Shown here: one piece after another, positions 40,101-47,805 of the stretch
Layout of the letters: the number at the start of each line of letters is the position of its first letter
Numbering within the stretch: the stretch's first letter is position 1
Assembly: GCA_965262725.1 (NCBI GenBank)
Contig: OZ253555.1
Location: 64,001 to 128,000, forward strand
From: Dehalococcoidia bacterium
GTDB lineage: Bacteria; Chloroflexota; Dehalococcoidia; UBA2979
Length of the DNA: 64,000 nucleotides
Direction: 5' to 3'
Notes under the pieces: generated by a model
Told to the model about the DNA's origin: nothing
What the model saw: the letters and a program-made list of their open reading frames with translations, nothing else
The model's database searches: none
Translations under genes and position numbers: made by a program

Positions 40101-41089
40101 ACAACAGCCCCCGCGGTCTCTGGTCCGACGGCGACGTCATGTACGTCGCCGACGCCAGCGACGGCAAGGTCTACAGCTACAACATGCCCGACGCCATCGA
40201 CGCGCGCCTCGCCTCGCTCACCCTCAGCGGTGTCGACTTCGGGGAGTTCGACAGTGCCCAGGCGGAGTACGCCGGGACGGCCGGGGACGACGTCACCGAG
40301 ACCACGGTCGGGGCGGAGGCGGCGCAGTCGGGAGCGACGGTCGTCATCAAGCCCGACGACGCCGACGACGACGGGGATCCGGCGAACGGCCACCAGGTCG
40401 CGCTGGAAGAGGTCTCCGAGATCACCGTCACCTCGGCCGACGGCAGCCGCGAGCGCGTCTACCGCGTGCTGGTCGGCGATCCGGCGCAGGAGGCCCCGGG
40501 CGCTCCCGCGCCCCCGTGCTTCCGGGGCGCCGTCGCGCTCGGGTTCAGCCTGGTGGTCTACGCGGGCGGCAGCGTCGAGGAGCTGGTGGACTGCGCGCAG
40601 AGCCGCCACGGCACGGCCCTCTACACCCTGCACGACGGCGGCTACGTGCCGTACATCCTCGGAGCACCCGAGTTCGTGAACAGCTCCTTCGGCGAGCTGT
40701 TCGCGGGCGGCGTCCCCGCCAGCACTCCGCTCATCATCAAGAGCGACGGGCCGCCCACCCCCGATCCCGCCGGGAGCATCACGGGCGATGACCGGACACC
40801 GCCCTGGCCGGAGTGCCTGCGCGGCACGGTCGCCACGGGCTTCAGCCTCGTCCTCTACCAGGGCGGTGCGATCGAGGAACTCGTGGCCTGCGCGGAGAGC
40901 CGCAACATCACGGCCATCTACACCCTGCACGACGGCGGCTACGCCCCCTACATCCTCGGTGCTCCGGAGTTCGTCAATCGGTCCTTCCGTGAGCTGTTCA
41001 CGGGCGGCCTGCCCTCCATCACGCCATTGGTCGCCAGGAGCGACGGGCCGCCCGCAGCGGGCGCGGACCGCGGCGATGGGGACCGTTGA
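34187..41089 (+). CDS. Giant (2300 aa) secreted multidomain surface protein
   Basis: Signal peptide; DATLSGL cadherin-like sandwich; Spondin_N-like (SPSPDWFVG, DAGTE); cadherin (LDYE, PDFE); arylsulfotransferase-like (HINS, GQH, FDNG); Calx-beta; PRGIWSDG propeller repeats; duplicated C-terminal GFSLVxYxGG domain. Confidence 0.93.
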   Translation: MQNLSRFWQLAGVQAGARRASARRGAPPRRRSFAVVVLLGLLGALASPVAAQIPPSTDATLSGLELSQGRLDPAFATGTSDYTAAVGYTVTRISVVPSTTDANATVAYLDGSDMPLADANTVTDEQDVDLVVGETVVKVNVTAEDTSTVLTHTVTITRTEEDTSLSPTASDPSIAFATSAVYRVTFTGDWTSSATPGGLPSGAHFSRLVGAVHSANVTFVEGGETASAGVKLMAEVGVTSDLGVEVTAAMADALSVLKGSSNINRTSTQSLTTTLTSDHPRVTLLSRVSPSPDWFVGVSGLLLLNSDGHWLRSHQVELYPWDAGTEDGGEFLRTNDPTVPPGEITSIRGTGKFSTEPIASLTFTLESVSTTRSVDENTEAGVTIGEPVVAPDSSGTVTYSLGGTDAASFDVVAATGQLQTKAALDYERKSSYEVTVTGTDTDGSVTTTVAIEVTNVIELATFSGPTMVTFAENGATRVATFSYSSDEDRDGIQWLTGGVDRGLFSLDSPSGALRFLQAPDFENPLDVGPPGRGTDNSYELKLVAWARDSGPIFTDEVDVKVTVTDVDEAGALSLSSTRPALGAVLTAVLTDPDGVTAGTAVWQWERSTGRLAWNVVGGATLATYTPMAADAGHYLRVSASYTDGHGSGRTAQTVAPNVVLARTLSRLEVATTSSRQMYPAFDPEILHYAVGCIAADTLSLTLSTTDTDTRLAVDGVQYANQNTVVALTDKGGGSDILITLGGGGDGASTTYTLHCLAESFPTLTVTKLDGASESLMTASFGVSSGVAHIAIIDNNGVPRFRRQQTAAGHFRAYPDGGYPYALAVTSEPASYVVYDANLDLVQSGISTVNLQNTNGYDFFIKSNGDYVLMAYEPAVRDMSFITERYGLTHGNGDPFGPAEDTEDAVIQVVSPTGRELFLWNSWDYMALEDCTQHRFPDDYAHINSVQVVDGDIVASFRGCSKVLRIDGTSGEVIWRLGRSNLSTEEWESRDIGPPPLQIVGDPYGEFCGQHAARLLDNGHLMLFDNGVECLEDPRTGETERVGREFSRVVEYAIDLDHGEAIFQRHVFLHGRMDSLSYSMGQADPLDNGNWLITWGRGIRNPNPDHPPPDVSGTQVNPATGVEELTVVAMSGGNVMTAGRMYPVAPVALAAEPIALTAEFPGSTYTSIFNLGATDPPQVVVAFSRPVVDFDETSTSLSVTGATVASVSAHVVAGEPANAYLVTLAPDGDGAISFRLDTGQACGANGGICTADGTALSEAPSALVISAPVTVSFEQSTYTVTEGASRFVTVLLSSAHQGVRSVTIPVVRQQTTGSASADDLTLDESVTFEAGETRKSLALNATDDDLVEGDETATIEFGALPDGVTAGSTSTVTLTDADQAQIAFTTVVTQISEGGQTQLSFEITNGVTFEVDQTINLTVGGTATAEGDFTLVDAGNQTLSDPYAVMFPAGATSAEATIRAVDDADIEHAAETITVSAQLGLTGATLGTHTVTIPPSDVPDTPVVTIAPGSAVSEGQDATFTLSRTVTQSLPLSAPLTVSVEVTATGSTLSGSPAPTVRFEGGDATADLAVLTLDDSVVEPPGTVTALIQGSTSNPPVYLTEPPNNATVTVNDNDVAAFTLSASNEEVAEGAAVTVTIVADGVTFAGPQTITLTLGGTATPVDDFTLVDGGRELSNPYVVTLPAGARSVSVMIMAVTDSEDDADEAIDLSVSHEGSGIGSVTITITEAPIILPPVITGGGGGGGAPSGPVPSDVEFEWNVTRDIEELASGHDDPTGAWSDGVTLWIAENGSGAADAIYAYDLESGERVEDREFDLDAGNLAPRGVWSDRTTIWISDSGKEKLFAHDLASGERLPDSDLALHPDNDDPRGIWSDGSTMWVLDDRDDALFAYDLAGGTLLAEYALHDDNDTPHGIWSDGVGVWVSDHNDKRLFAYRLPALEEEDTSADEDVADEEEDLELERVTDEEFKKLSGASNNSPRGLWSDGDVMYVADASDGKVYSYNMPDAIDARLASLTLSGVDFGEFDSAQAEYAGTAGDDVTETTVGAEAAQSGATVVIKPDDADDDGDPANGHQVALEEVSEITVTSADGSRERVYRVLVGDPAQEAPGAPAPPCFRGAVALGFSLVVYAGGSVEELVDCAQSRHGTALYTLHDGGYVPYILGAPEFVNSSFGELFAGGVPASTPLIIKSDGPPTPDPAGSITGDDRTPPWPECLRGTVATGFSLVLYQGGAIEELVACAESRNITAIYTLHDGGYAPYILGAPEFVNRSFRELFTGGLPSITPLVARSDGPPAAGADRGDGDR

Positions 41090-41166
41090 CGCGCGGGATG
41101 ACAGGCACTGCACGTACGACCGAACTGCATGGGTCGCACTCGCGCTGGGTAGGGGGCTGACCAGCC

Positions 41167-41231
41167 CTCAGAACGAGAGCGCCAGATACAACCTGGCGCA
41201 CCCCTTTTTCGCACGACCGCAGCTTCATGCC
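41167..41231 (+). repeat. 65 bp direct repeat, copy B
   Basis: Contains the perfect hairpin GCGCCAG-ATACAAC-CTGGCGC followed by ACCCCTTTTT. Confidence 0.9.
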
Positions 41232-41349
41232 GATGTTTGTGGAGTGGTGCTGGACTCGCCCGATCGACACAGCTCCGAGCGCCGTCAGGGCGGTTGGTCC
41301 GCCGCTTCAATCACAACCTGGCGAGCCCCTCGGGAGGCGCCAGTGCTCC

Positions 41350-41390
41350 CGACGCCCAGTTCGAGCAACTGGGTGTCGGGGGTTAGGGCT
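41350..41390 (+). repeat. Eroded tRNA-Arg 3'-half/att-like site
   Basis: CGACGC-CCAGT-TCGAGCA-ACTGG-GTGTC-GGGGG-TT; the outer stem pair is C/G instead of T/A. Confidence 0.55.
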
Positions 41391-41469
41391 CGCGGCAACT
41401 GGCAACCAGGATGGGGCGCCTGCATTCCCTCTAGGAGTGCGGCAGGTTTGAGGCAAGCGCCCCTTCTGG

Positions 41470-41484
41470 GATATATAATATATC
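41470..41484. promoter_or_regulatory. mazEF promoter/operator palindrome
   Basis: GATATA-TAA-TATATC containing TATAAT, before the GGAGG RBS. Confidence 0.7.
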
Positions 41485-41498
41485 TACGGGGAGGTGCC

Positions 41499-41738
41499 AT
41501 GGGCGCAATGTCGCACGTATCACGCTGGGGTTCGAGTCTCGCCGTCCGCATCCCCAAGGCTCTCGCCGAGCAGTGGGGCGTGGAGGAGGGTTCGGCCATC
41601 GAACTCCTCGCCGAAGGTGGCGACATCGTACTGCGGAAGCGCAGCTACGACCTCGCCGAGCTTGTGGCCGGGATGAACCCCGAGACTGCTCATTCCGAGA
41701 CGGACTGGGGTGCGCCTCAGGGTGACGAGGCGTGGTAG
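41499..41738 (+). CDS. mazE: AbrB/MazE antitoxin
   Basis: RWGSSLAVRIP...YDLAELVAGM...ETDWG.PQGDEAW. Confidence 0.93.
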   Translation: MGAMSHVSRWGSSLAVRIPKALAEQWGVEEGSAIELLAEGGDIVLRKRSYDLAELVAGMNPETAHSETDWGAPQGDEAW

Positions 41739-42073
41739 ACGAACCGTACCTGCCAGAGCGCGGCGACTTCGTCTGGCTTGAGTTCTCACCGCAGGCCGGT
41801 CACGAGCAGGCGGGCCGGCGGCCGGCCCTCGTCGTCAGTCCCCGCCTGTACAACGAGCGTTCCAGCGTCGCACTGCTGTGCCCGGTCACATCCAGGGTCA
41901 CGGGGTACGCGTTCGAGGTCGTACTTCCTGCCGGCAGCCCTGTGACTGGGGTCGTGCTGTCCGATCAGGTTCGAAGCCTCGATTGGCGAGCACGGCACGC
42001 CCAGTTTGCGGGCCGGGCCCCTCGGCCCGTAGTAGCCGAGGTGCTGGCGAAGGCCCGAACCCTACTCGGCTGA
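41732..42073 (+). CDS. mazF: MazF/PemK endoribonuclease toxin
   Basis: PERGDFVWLEFSPQAGHEQAGRRPALVVS...DQVRSLDW. Confidence 0.96.
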   Translation: MVDEPYLPERGDFVWLEFSPQAGHEQAGRRPALVVSPRLYNERSSVALLCPVTSRVTGYAFEVVLPAGSPVTGVVLSDQVRSLDWRARHAQFAGRAPRPVVAEVLAKARTLLG

Positions 42074-42174
42074 GCTGAACAGGTTCTCACGATCGCGGGT
42101 CCAAGGGGATTGGGGGCTCGCGTTGCACTTGCACGTGTGTCGGGGCCTCCCTCGTTCCGGTCCCTACTCAAGCT

Positions 42175-42610
42175 CCCCGGGCCGTTGTACCGTCGCTCGA
42201 CGATCGTCCGCTGAGCCGGGTGCAGGAACACCGTCCACTGCTCCCAGGGGCAATCGAACGCCTGCTCCAACTCCTCGGCGTTCGCCATTCAGCCCGAACC
42301 GTCGCTGGGCGTCCGGATGCGCGAATGGATCCGGGTTCTCGGCGGCGCGTGCACCGGCCGCACCGGCGCGCCGCCTGTGGCGAGCTCCAGCAGCGCCTCA
42401 GCGGCTTCCCTTGGCAGGTGGTCGGCGAGTTCGAACAATGTGTCCTCGTTGGCCGAGCGGACATCGGCGATCCACTCGGGGGGAACGCCGTAGGCGAGCA
42501 GGTTGTCGTCGGAGAGATGCGGGGAGCGCGGGCTTGGGCACCGCCGCCGGCTCCTCCACGGCGACGTACTGCGGTATCTCGACTTCGCGGACGGTTGCCC
42601 GGCGGAGCGC
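42175..42610 (-). pseudogene. UvrD-like helicase internal fragment
   Basis: TVREVEIPQYV / LLAYGVPPEWIADVR...HLPREAAEALLELATG / PWEQWTVFLHPAQR...YNGP, spread across frameshifts. Confidence 0.8.
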
Positions 42611-42699
42611 TCAGCGGCACGCTGAGCCACCGGTCCAGCGTGTCGTGGCGCCGATGAATCGCGTGCGGCCGCGGGAGCGTCAGTGAGAGCAGGGGGCGG

Positions 42700-43620
42700 G
42701 TGAGCGACGTCGCCATTCGGACCGATGGCCTGACCAAGCGTTACGGCAGGAATGTCGCCGTCGACGGGCTCTCGATCGAAGTGACGCGAGGGCATGTCTA
42801 CGGCCTTCTCGGCCCGAACGGATCGGGCAAGACGACGACGATCGGCATGCTGCTCGGGCTGGTCCGACCGACGTCGGGCACCTTCAGCCTCTTGGGCTCG
42901 GCTGAGCGACACCGAGACGCCCTGCGTCGAGTCGGCGCCGTCGTGGAGACCCCCTCCTTCTACCCGTACCTCTCAGGGCGCCGAAACCTCACCTACTTCC
43001 AAGGGATCTCGGGCCGGGGCTCTCCCGCCGACGTCGACGCGCTGCTCGACAGGGTCGGGCTCCTGTCCCGTGCGGACAGCCGCTTCCACACCTACTCCCT
43101 CGGCATGAAGCAGCGCCTGGGCATCGCGTACGCCTTGCTGGGGGACCCGGAACTCCTGTTTCTGGACGAGCCAACCAACGGGATGGATCCGGAGGGTATG
43201 GCCGAGATCCGGGAGCTGATTCGGAGCCTGGGCACTGGCGGCAGGACCGTGCTCCTCTCGAGCCATCTTCTCAATGAGGTGGAGCAGGTCTGCGACAGCG
43301 TGACGATCCTGTCGAAGGGGAAGCTGATGGCGCAGGGCCGGGTCGCCGAACTGATCGGGGGCCGGGGCCGACAGCAGATTCGGACGCGGACCACCGACGA
43401 TGCGGCAGCCCACGGAATCCTCTCGGCCCTGGACTGGGTCGATGAGGTGCGGTCAGCGAACGGGTTCCTCCTCGTGTCGGCCCCGCACGAGCGCTCCTGG
43501 GAGCTGACGGCCGCCCTGGGTCGCGGGGGCGTCTACGTCTCCGAACTCACGCCCGTCCAGACCTCTCTCGAGGCGTACTTCCTTGAGGTCACGGGCGACG
43601 GTGAGGCGGAGAGCGAATGA
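42700..43620 (+). CDS. ABC exporter ATP-binding protein (BcrA-like)
   Basis: GPNGSGKTT, YSLGMKQRL, LDEPTNG, SSHLL. Confidence 0.95.
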   Translation: MSDVAIRTDGLTKRYGRNVAVDGLSIEVTRGHVYGLLGPNGSGKTTTIGMLLGLVRPTSGTFSLLGSAERHRDALRRVGAVVETPSFYPYLSGRRNLTYFQGISGRGSPADVDALLDRVGLLSRADSRFHTYSLGMKQRLGIAYALLGDPELLFLDEPTNGMDPEGMAEIRELIRSLGTGGRTVLLSSHLLNEVEQVCDSVTILSKGKLMAQGRVAELIGGRGRQQIRTRTTDDAAAHGILSALDWVDEVRSANGFLLVSAPHERSWELTAALGRGGVYVSELTPVQTSLEAYFLEVTGDGEAESE

Positions 43621-44645
43621 TCGTGTACGTGCTGCGCCTCACGTCCTGGGAGTGGTTCAAGCTGCGGCGACGCTGGATGCCCTGGATCATGCTGGCCGTC
43701 GCCGTCGTTCTCACGCAGATCGCCGTGTGGGCCAGCTACGCTCTGTTCCACAATGAGTCCCTGCAGGACGCTCTTTCCGCAGGGAGCTTCTCCACCACGT
43801 ACGTCAACGACGGCCGGACCATCACCGTGACGGCGACGTGCGCGGACCTCGTGAACGAGCGGGCGCCCGACGGCATCGAGCTGCTCTCCGATGCGCAGCG
43901 GCGCGACTTCCTGGCCGACGGCGAGCGCTTCCGCCACGAGAGCTGTGGCGGCATTTCGGCGACCGAGAGCCTGCGCGAGGGATTCGTGCTGCCGAGCGCG
44001 ATTCCCAACGCCGTGGCGGGAGTCTTCGACATCGTGGCGTTTCTGGTCCTCATCCTGACCGCGTCGGCGCTCGGCAACGAGTACGGCTGGGGAACGCTCA
44101 GGCCGGCGGTCTCCGGGGGGGCAGGCCGCTGGCCGCTGCTCCTGTCGAGGCTCGTCCTGCTGATGCTTCTGGGCGCGGGCGGACTGCTCGTCGTGGGCGC
44201 CTCCGCGGCCGTCTCCAGCGTTCTCGCCTCAGTCATCCCGCCGGCCGAATCCGGAGGGCTCACGGGATCCGGCGAGTGGACCGATGCCGCCGTGACGATG
44301 GGCAAGGCCGTCTACGGACTCGCCCCCTACGTCGCGCTCGCCGCCCTCATGACCGTGCTGACCCGCTCGGCGAACGCGGGCATGGGCATCAGCATGGGGT
44401 ACTTCGTCGTCGAGTTGATCTTCGTCCCCCTGCTCCGGAGCTTCGACTGGTTCGAGAGCGTCTCGGGGGCGCTCCTCGGCACCAACGTGGGCATATGGAT
44501 GGACCGCTCGGTCGCCGGCGCGGGAGAGACGCCGCCGGATACGCTCCAAGCGTTCCTCGTGCTTCTGGTGTACACGGCGGTGCTTGCGGGGGGCGCCCTC
44601 TGGAGCTTCCAGCGCCGGGACATCACGGGCGCGACGGGCAGCTAG
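43617..44645 (+). CDS. ABC-2 type permease
   Basis: EWFKL, EYGWGT, FQRRDI; multiple TM helices; ATGA overlap. Confidence 0.9.
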   Translation: MIVYVLRLTSWEWFKLRRRWMPWIMLAVAVVLTQIAVWASYALFHNESLQDALSAGSFSTTYVNDGRTITVTATCADLVNERAPDGIELLSDAQRRDFLADGERFRHESCGGISATESLREGFVLPSAIPNAVAGVFDIVAFLVLILTASALGNEYGWGTLRPAVSGGAGRWPLLLSRLVLLMLLGAGGLLVVGASAAVSSVLASVIPPAESGGLTGSGEWTDAAVTMGKAVYGLAPYVALAALMTVLTRSANAGMGISMGYFVVELIFVPLLRSFDWFESVSGALLGTNVGIWMDRSVAGAGETPPDTLQAFLVLLVYTAVLAGGALWSFQRRDITGATGS

Positions 44646-44693
44646 CCGGAATCCGCAGAACCCGGGTAGGCAGCCGGGGGCGGGGCTCGCTCG

Positions 44694-44820
44694 GTGCTCG
44701 TCAGCTCGCCGTTCCTCGGCGATGGCCTACCGCAAAGCCTGGGCGCGGCTGCGCCTGGTCGGCGTGCGCACGTCGCAAGGCCGGGTGCTGCGGCTGACCG
44801 GGGGGCCGCCCTGCTGGCCG
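44694..44820 (+). pseudogene. IS3-family transposase fragment
   Basis: SPFLGDG/YRKAWARLRLVGVRTSQGRVLRL. Confidence 0.7.
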
Positions 44821-44883
44821 CTCGCAGTACTCACCATCCGAGCCATTCAGTTCACCACGTGGACTCGACCATGCGGTCGAAGA

Positions 44884-45234
44884 CCTGAGAGAACCTCGGA
44901 GACCCTGGCGCAGCTCCCGATGTACGGGACGAGGTCACGCTGGCTCAGGCCCTGCTGGTCCATGCAGAACTCGATGGCGGCGACCGGGTCGGGGTAGCCG
45001 CTGGGAGGTGCTTGTCCTCATGGACTTCGACAAGGTCGACGAGCACGTCGAGCTCCTCCCCCTCGGGCGTTCCTTCGCGGGCATCCATCAGCTCCGCGAC
45101 ACGCGCGAGGGCGGCTTCGTAGGCGGCTTCAGTGCGGATGGGCCTCACCTTGACCATTGCTACATCTCCCGTGCATCGATGCGGTCGTACTCGGCGTGCG
45201 TTCCCACGAAGCGGACATACATGATCCGGTACCG
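44884..45234 (-). pseudogene. Partial duplicate of the higB 3' end and higA 5' end
   Basis: Near-identical to 24817-25168; frameshifted. Confidence 0.92.
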
Positions 45235-45280
45235 CCTCACCGTTTTCGGTCAGGGCACAGGCGTGGCTTCCGTAACGGCC

Positions 45281-45667
45281 TCACCAGAGACGCGCTACGC
45301 CGTACCTGTCGAAGAAGGTCTCGTTGGAGACGAGTACAAGTTCCCGACCGATTGCCTGTGCGATGAGCATTCGGTCGAAGGGGTCGCGGTACGGACCCGG
45401 GAGCGACCCCGCGCGCACGGCATCCTCGACGGTTACGGAGAGCCTCTCGAAGCGCTGACTGGCTATGTACTCGGGAACGTTGAGGGCGAGTGTGTCCACG
45501 CCGCCCAGCCGCCCTAGCCGGTGCTTGGTGGCGATCTCCCAAGCGGATGCAGCGCTGACGAATACGTCGTTGGACTCGTCTGATATCGCCGCCCGGGCAG
45601 GCGCCGGCAGGTGATCGCTGCCCTCGAACCACCAGATGAATGCGTGAGTATCGAGGAGGAGGCGCAA
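45281..45667 (-). CDS. vapC: VapC PIN-domain toxin
   Basis: LLLDTHAFIWW, SAASAWEI, DPFDRMLIAQA. Confidence 0.93.
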   Translation of the reverse strand: MRLLLDTHAFIWWFEGSDHLPAPARAAISDESNDVFVSAASAWEIATKHRLGRLGGVDTLALNVPEYIASQRFERLSVTVEDAVRAGSLPGPYRDPFDRMLIAQAIGRELVLVSNETFFDRYGVARLW

Positions 45668-45670
45668 GAC

Positions 45671-45904
45671 CTAGGCGCCCTCCCAGGCGGCGAGTTCCGC
45701 TTCGGGGAGAGGATCGAAGAAGCTGTCATCGAGCTTGATTCGCCCCCGGAGTGCGCCGAATTGGCGCTTGCCCGGCGTCTCGCAGGCCACAAGGCGTGCC
45801 ACGGGCTTGCCGTTTCGCGCAATCACGACATCTTCACCCGCCTCGACTTGCGCAAGCAGGCGCGACAGGTTGCTTTTCGCCTCGTGAATATTGACTATCG
45901 TCAT
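45671..45904 (-). CDS. Phd/YefM antitoxin
   Basis: VNIHEAKSNLSRLL...GEDVVIARNGKPVARL. Confidence 0.95.
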   Translation of the reverse strand: MTIVNIHEAKSNLSRLLAQVEAGEDVVIARNGKPVARLVACETPGKRQFGALRGRIKLDDSFFDPLPEAELAAWEGA

Positions 45905-45946
45905 TCGCGGTTCCCTGCCGGCTCAGTCTAGCTAACTCGCGGGCTA

Positions 45947-46222
45947 ATGCAAGTTCGTGCGGGTATTGGTTGGTGGGCTCGCGAAGAACTCGTCTCGCGC
46001 CTGGAGGCCGCCGCGGACCGTGAGCTCGCGACGGGCAGCGTCACCCTGCGCTGGGGTAAGGGCCATATCGCCGTCGTGAAGCGTGCCGCGGCGATCCTCG
46101 GCGTCCCGTACGAGACCTATCTCAAGCAAGTCGTGTTCCGGCAGGCGGTCGCGGACATCGAGCACGCTGAAGCGGTACTCGGTCCGGAGCCTCAACCCAG
46201 GGGCTCCCGCCGCCGCTCGTGA
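45947..46222 (+). CDS. CopG/RHH antitoxin-like ORF, possibly 5'-truncated
   Basis: SVTLRW...VKRAAAILGVPYETYLK. Confidence 0.55.
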   Translation: MQVRAGIGWWAREELVSRLEAAADRELATGSVTLRWGKGHIAVVKRAAAILGVPYETYLKQVVFRQAVADIEHAEAVLGPEPQPRGSRRRS

Positions 46223-46335
46223 ACTGGATCTCCCCCGCCTGCGCTCGTGGGTCGTGAAGGGGTTCCCGGGCGGTCATGATGTTGGTACTATCTGATCAAA
46301 AGAGCCATTTAGTCCGATCGACGTGGAGGGGACGA

Positions 46336-46641
46336 ATGTCCGCCAGCCACATCAGTGTCGCCCACGCGAAGGCGAAGTTCTCTGCCCTGCTTGAGGGAGT
46401 CTTTCACCGTGGCGAGCGATACGTCATCGAACGACACGGCAGGGAGGTCGCGGCGATCGTGAGCCCGTCCGAGTTGCGACGGCTGGAGCAGGAGCGCCCG
46501 CTTGCTGAGCGACCCTCTGGCGCGATGGCGCTCGTCGGACTCTGGCAGGACCTGTCCGACGATGAGATCGATCGACTGCTCGCCGATCTCCGCGCGGCAC
46601 GGGATCGTGACACGGGCAGACACGTCGGACTGGGTGCGTGA
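46336..46641 (+). CDS. Phd/YefM antitoxin
   Basis: SVAHAKAKFSALL...YVIERHGREVAAIVS; GGAGG RBS. Confidence 0.92.
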   Translation: MSASHISVAHAKAKFSALLEGVFHRGERYVIERHGREVAAIVSPSELRRLEQERPLAERPSGAMALVGLWQDLSDDEIDRLLADLRAARDRDTGRHVGLGA

Positions 46642-47048
46642 CGTATCTCCTCGATACGGACACGCTGAGCGAGCTCATGAGGCGCTCGCCCTCGCCAACG
46701 CTCCTCCGGCGCCTTGCTGCGGTGCCTCCAGATCAGCAGGCCACCTCGGCCATTACCCTGGGGGAACTCCTGTACGGGGCGTACCGCGTTGAGGCTCAGT
46801 CGCAGGGGTTGCTGGAACGCATGGAACAGACGGTGACGGCCAACCTTCCGGTTCTGCCGTTCGACGCGGATGCCGCCACGGAGTACGGAGCGCTGCGCGC
46901 GCTGCTTGAGGCGCGCGGGACGCCCATCGGCAACGCGGACATGCAGATCGCGTCCATCGCGCTGGCAAGGGCTCTCACTGTCGTCACGGGCAATGTGCGG
47001 CATTTCGAACGCGTGCCGTCCCTCCCCGTCGAGAACTGGCTCGTGTGA
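46638..47048 (+). CDS. vapC: VapC PIN-domain toxin
   Basis: YLLDTDTLS, SAITLGEL, DMQIASIA, VTGNVRHF. Confidence 0.95.
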   Translation: MTYLLDTDTLSELMRRSPSPTLLRRLAAVPPDQQATSAITLGELLYGAYRVEAQSQGLLERMEQTVTANLPVLPFDADAATEYGALRALLEARGTPIGNADMQIASIALARALTVVTGNVRHFERVPSLPVENWLV

Positions 47049-47071
47049 TCCAGGGGACAGCAGAGCCGAAC

Positions 47072-47235
47072 TTGATCGAACTCAAGGCCGGCCGGGCCGA
47101 CCTGCGCGCGATCGGACACATACTCTCGTACGTGGGGACCGTCACCGCCGAGCCGGCTCGCGATATTCGCGGCATTGGGTGAGCCGCGACGGGCTCGGCG
47201 GCGACGACGTCAAGATCGCGGCCCTCAGCCCCACG
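47072..47235 (+). pseudogene. NucS/DUF91-like nuclease C-terminal fragment
   Basis: LIELKAGRADLRAIGHILSYVG...IRGI. Confidence 0.6.
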
Positions 47236-47239
47236 CTGT

Positions 47240-47656
47240 TCAGGAGGCATCCGCCCACGGATTGTACGAACCGATGTACCAGAGCTGACCCTCCGGGTCG
47301 CGCACCGAGAAGAGGCTGCCGCCGTAGTCCTGGTGGGTCAGCTCCATCGTGATGTTGGCCTCTGCCGCCACGACGCGCTCGTAGCAGTCCTCGATATCGC
47401 TCACGACGATGAAGGCGCTCTGAGTCAGCGTCCCGTCGGGCACGGGAGCGACAACGGCATCCACCGGGGACTCCTCCGTGAACGAGCCGACCATGATCAT
47501 GCCGTTGCCGAGCACGAGTTGAGCATGCGCCACGGTGTCTTCGGTATCTCCGGGCACGACAAGCCGTCGCTCGAACCCCAGGACATCGCACAGCCAGTTG
47601 ATGGCCGTGTACGCGTCGCGGTACCGCATGCTGGGGATGATGTTCGCTGCCGTCAC
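47240..47656 (-). CDS. VOC/glyoxalase-family protein
   Basis: IIPSMRYRDA...HAQL...DYGG...RDPEGQLW. Confidence 0.9.
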   Translation of the reverse strand: MTAANIIPSMRYRDAYTAINWLCDVLGFERRLVVPGDTEDTVAHAQLVLGNGMIMVGSFTEESPVDAVVAPVPDGTLTQSAFIVVSDIEDCYERVVAAEANITMELTHQDYGGSLFSVRDPEGQLWYIGSYNPWADAS

Positions 47657-47805
47657 GTCGACCGTTCCATGGAATCTCCCCACGAGAGCGTGCGTCCCGT
47701 CGGCGCTTGCCCACGGCAGTGTAGCGCTGCGACAGCGCCCCAGACCGCCGCGTCGCGGAGCGAGTCGAACCACGAGCTCCTCGAGCCCGACGTCGCAAGC
47801 CGCCG

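Noticed and set aside
37682-41113. 1143 aa minus-strand ORF and other long antisense or alternate-frame ORFs (e.g. 50807-52807, 5859-7292)
   Set aside because: Shadow ORFs of high-GC3 genes; Arg/Gly/Ala-rich with no recognisable motifs.
5651-41390. tRNA-half repeats as functional tRNA genes or a CRISPR-like array
   Set aside because: They lack the 5' acceptor strand and D arm, and they are spaced kilobases apart.
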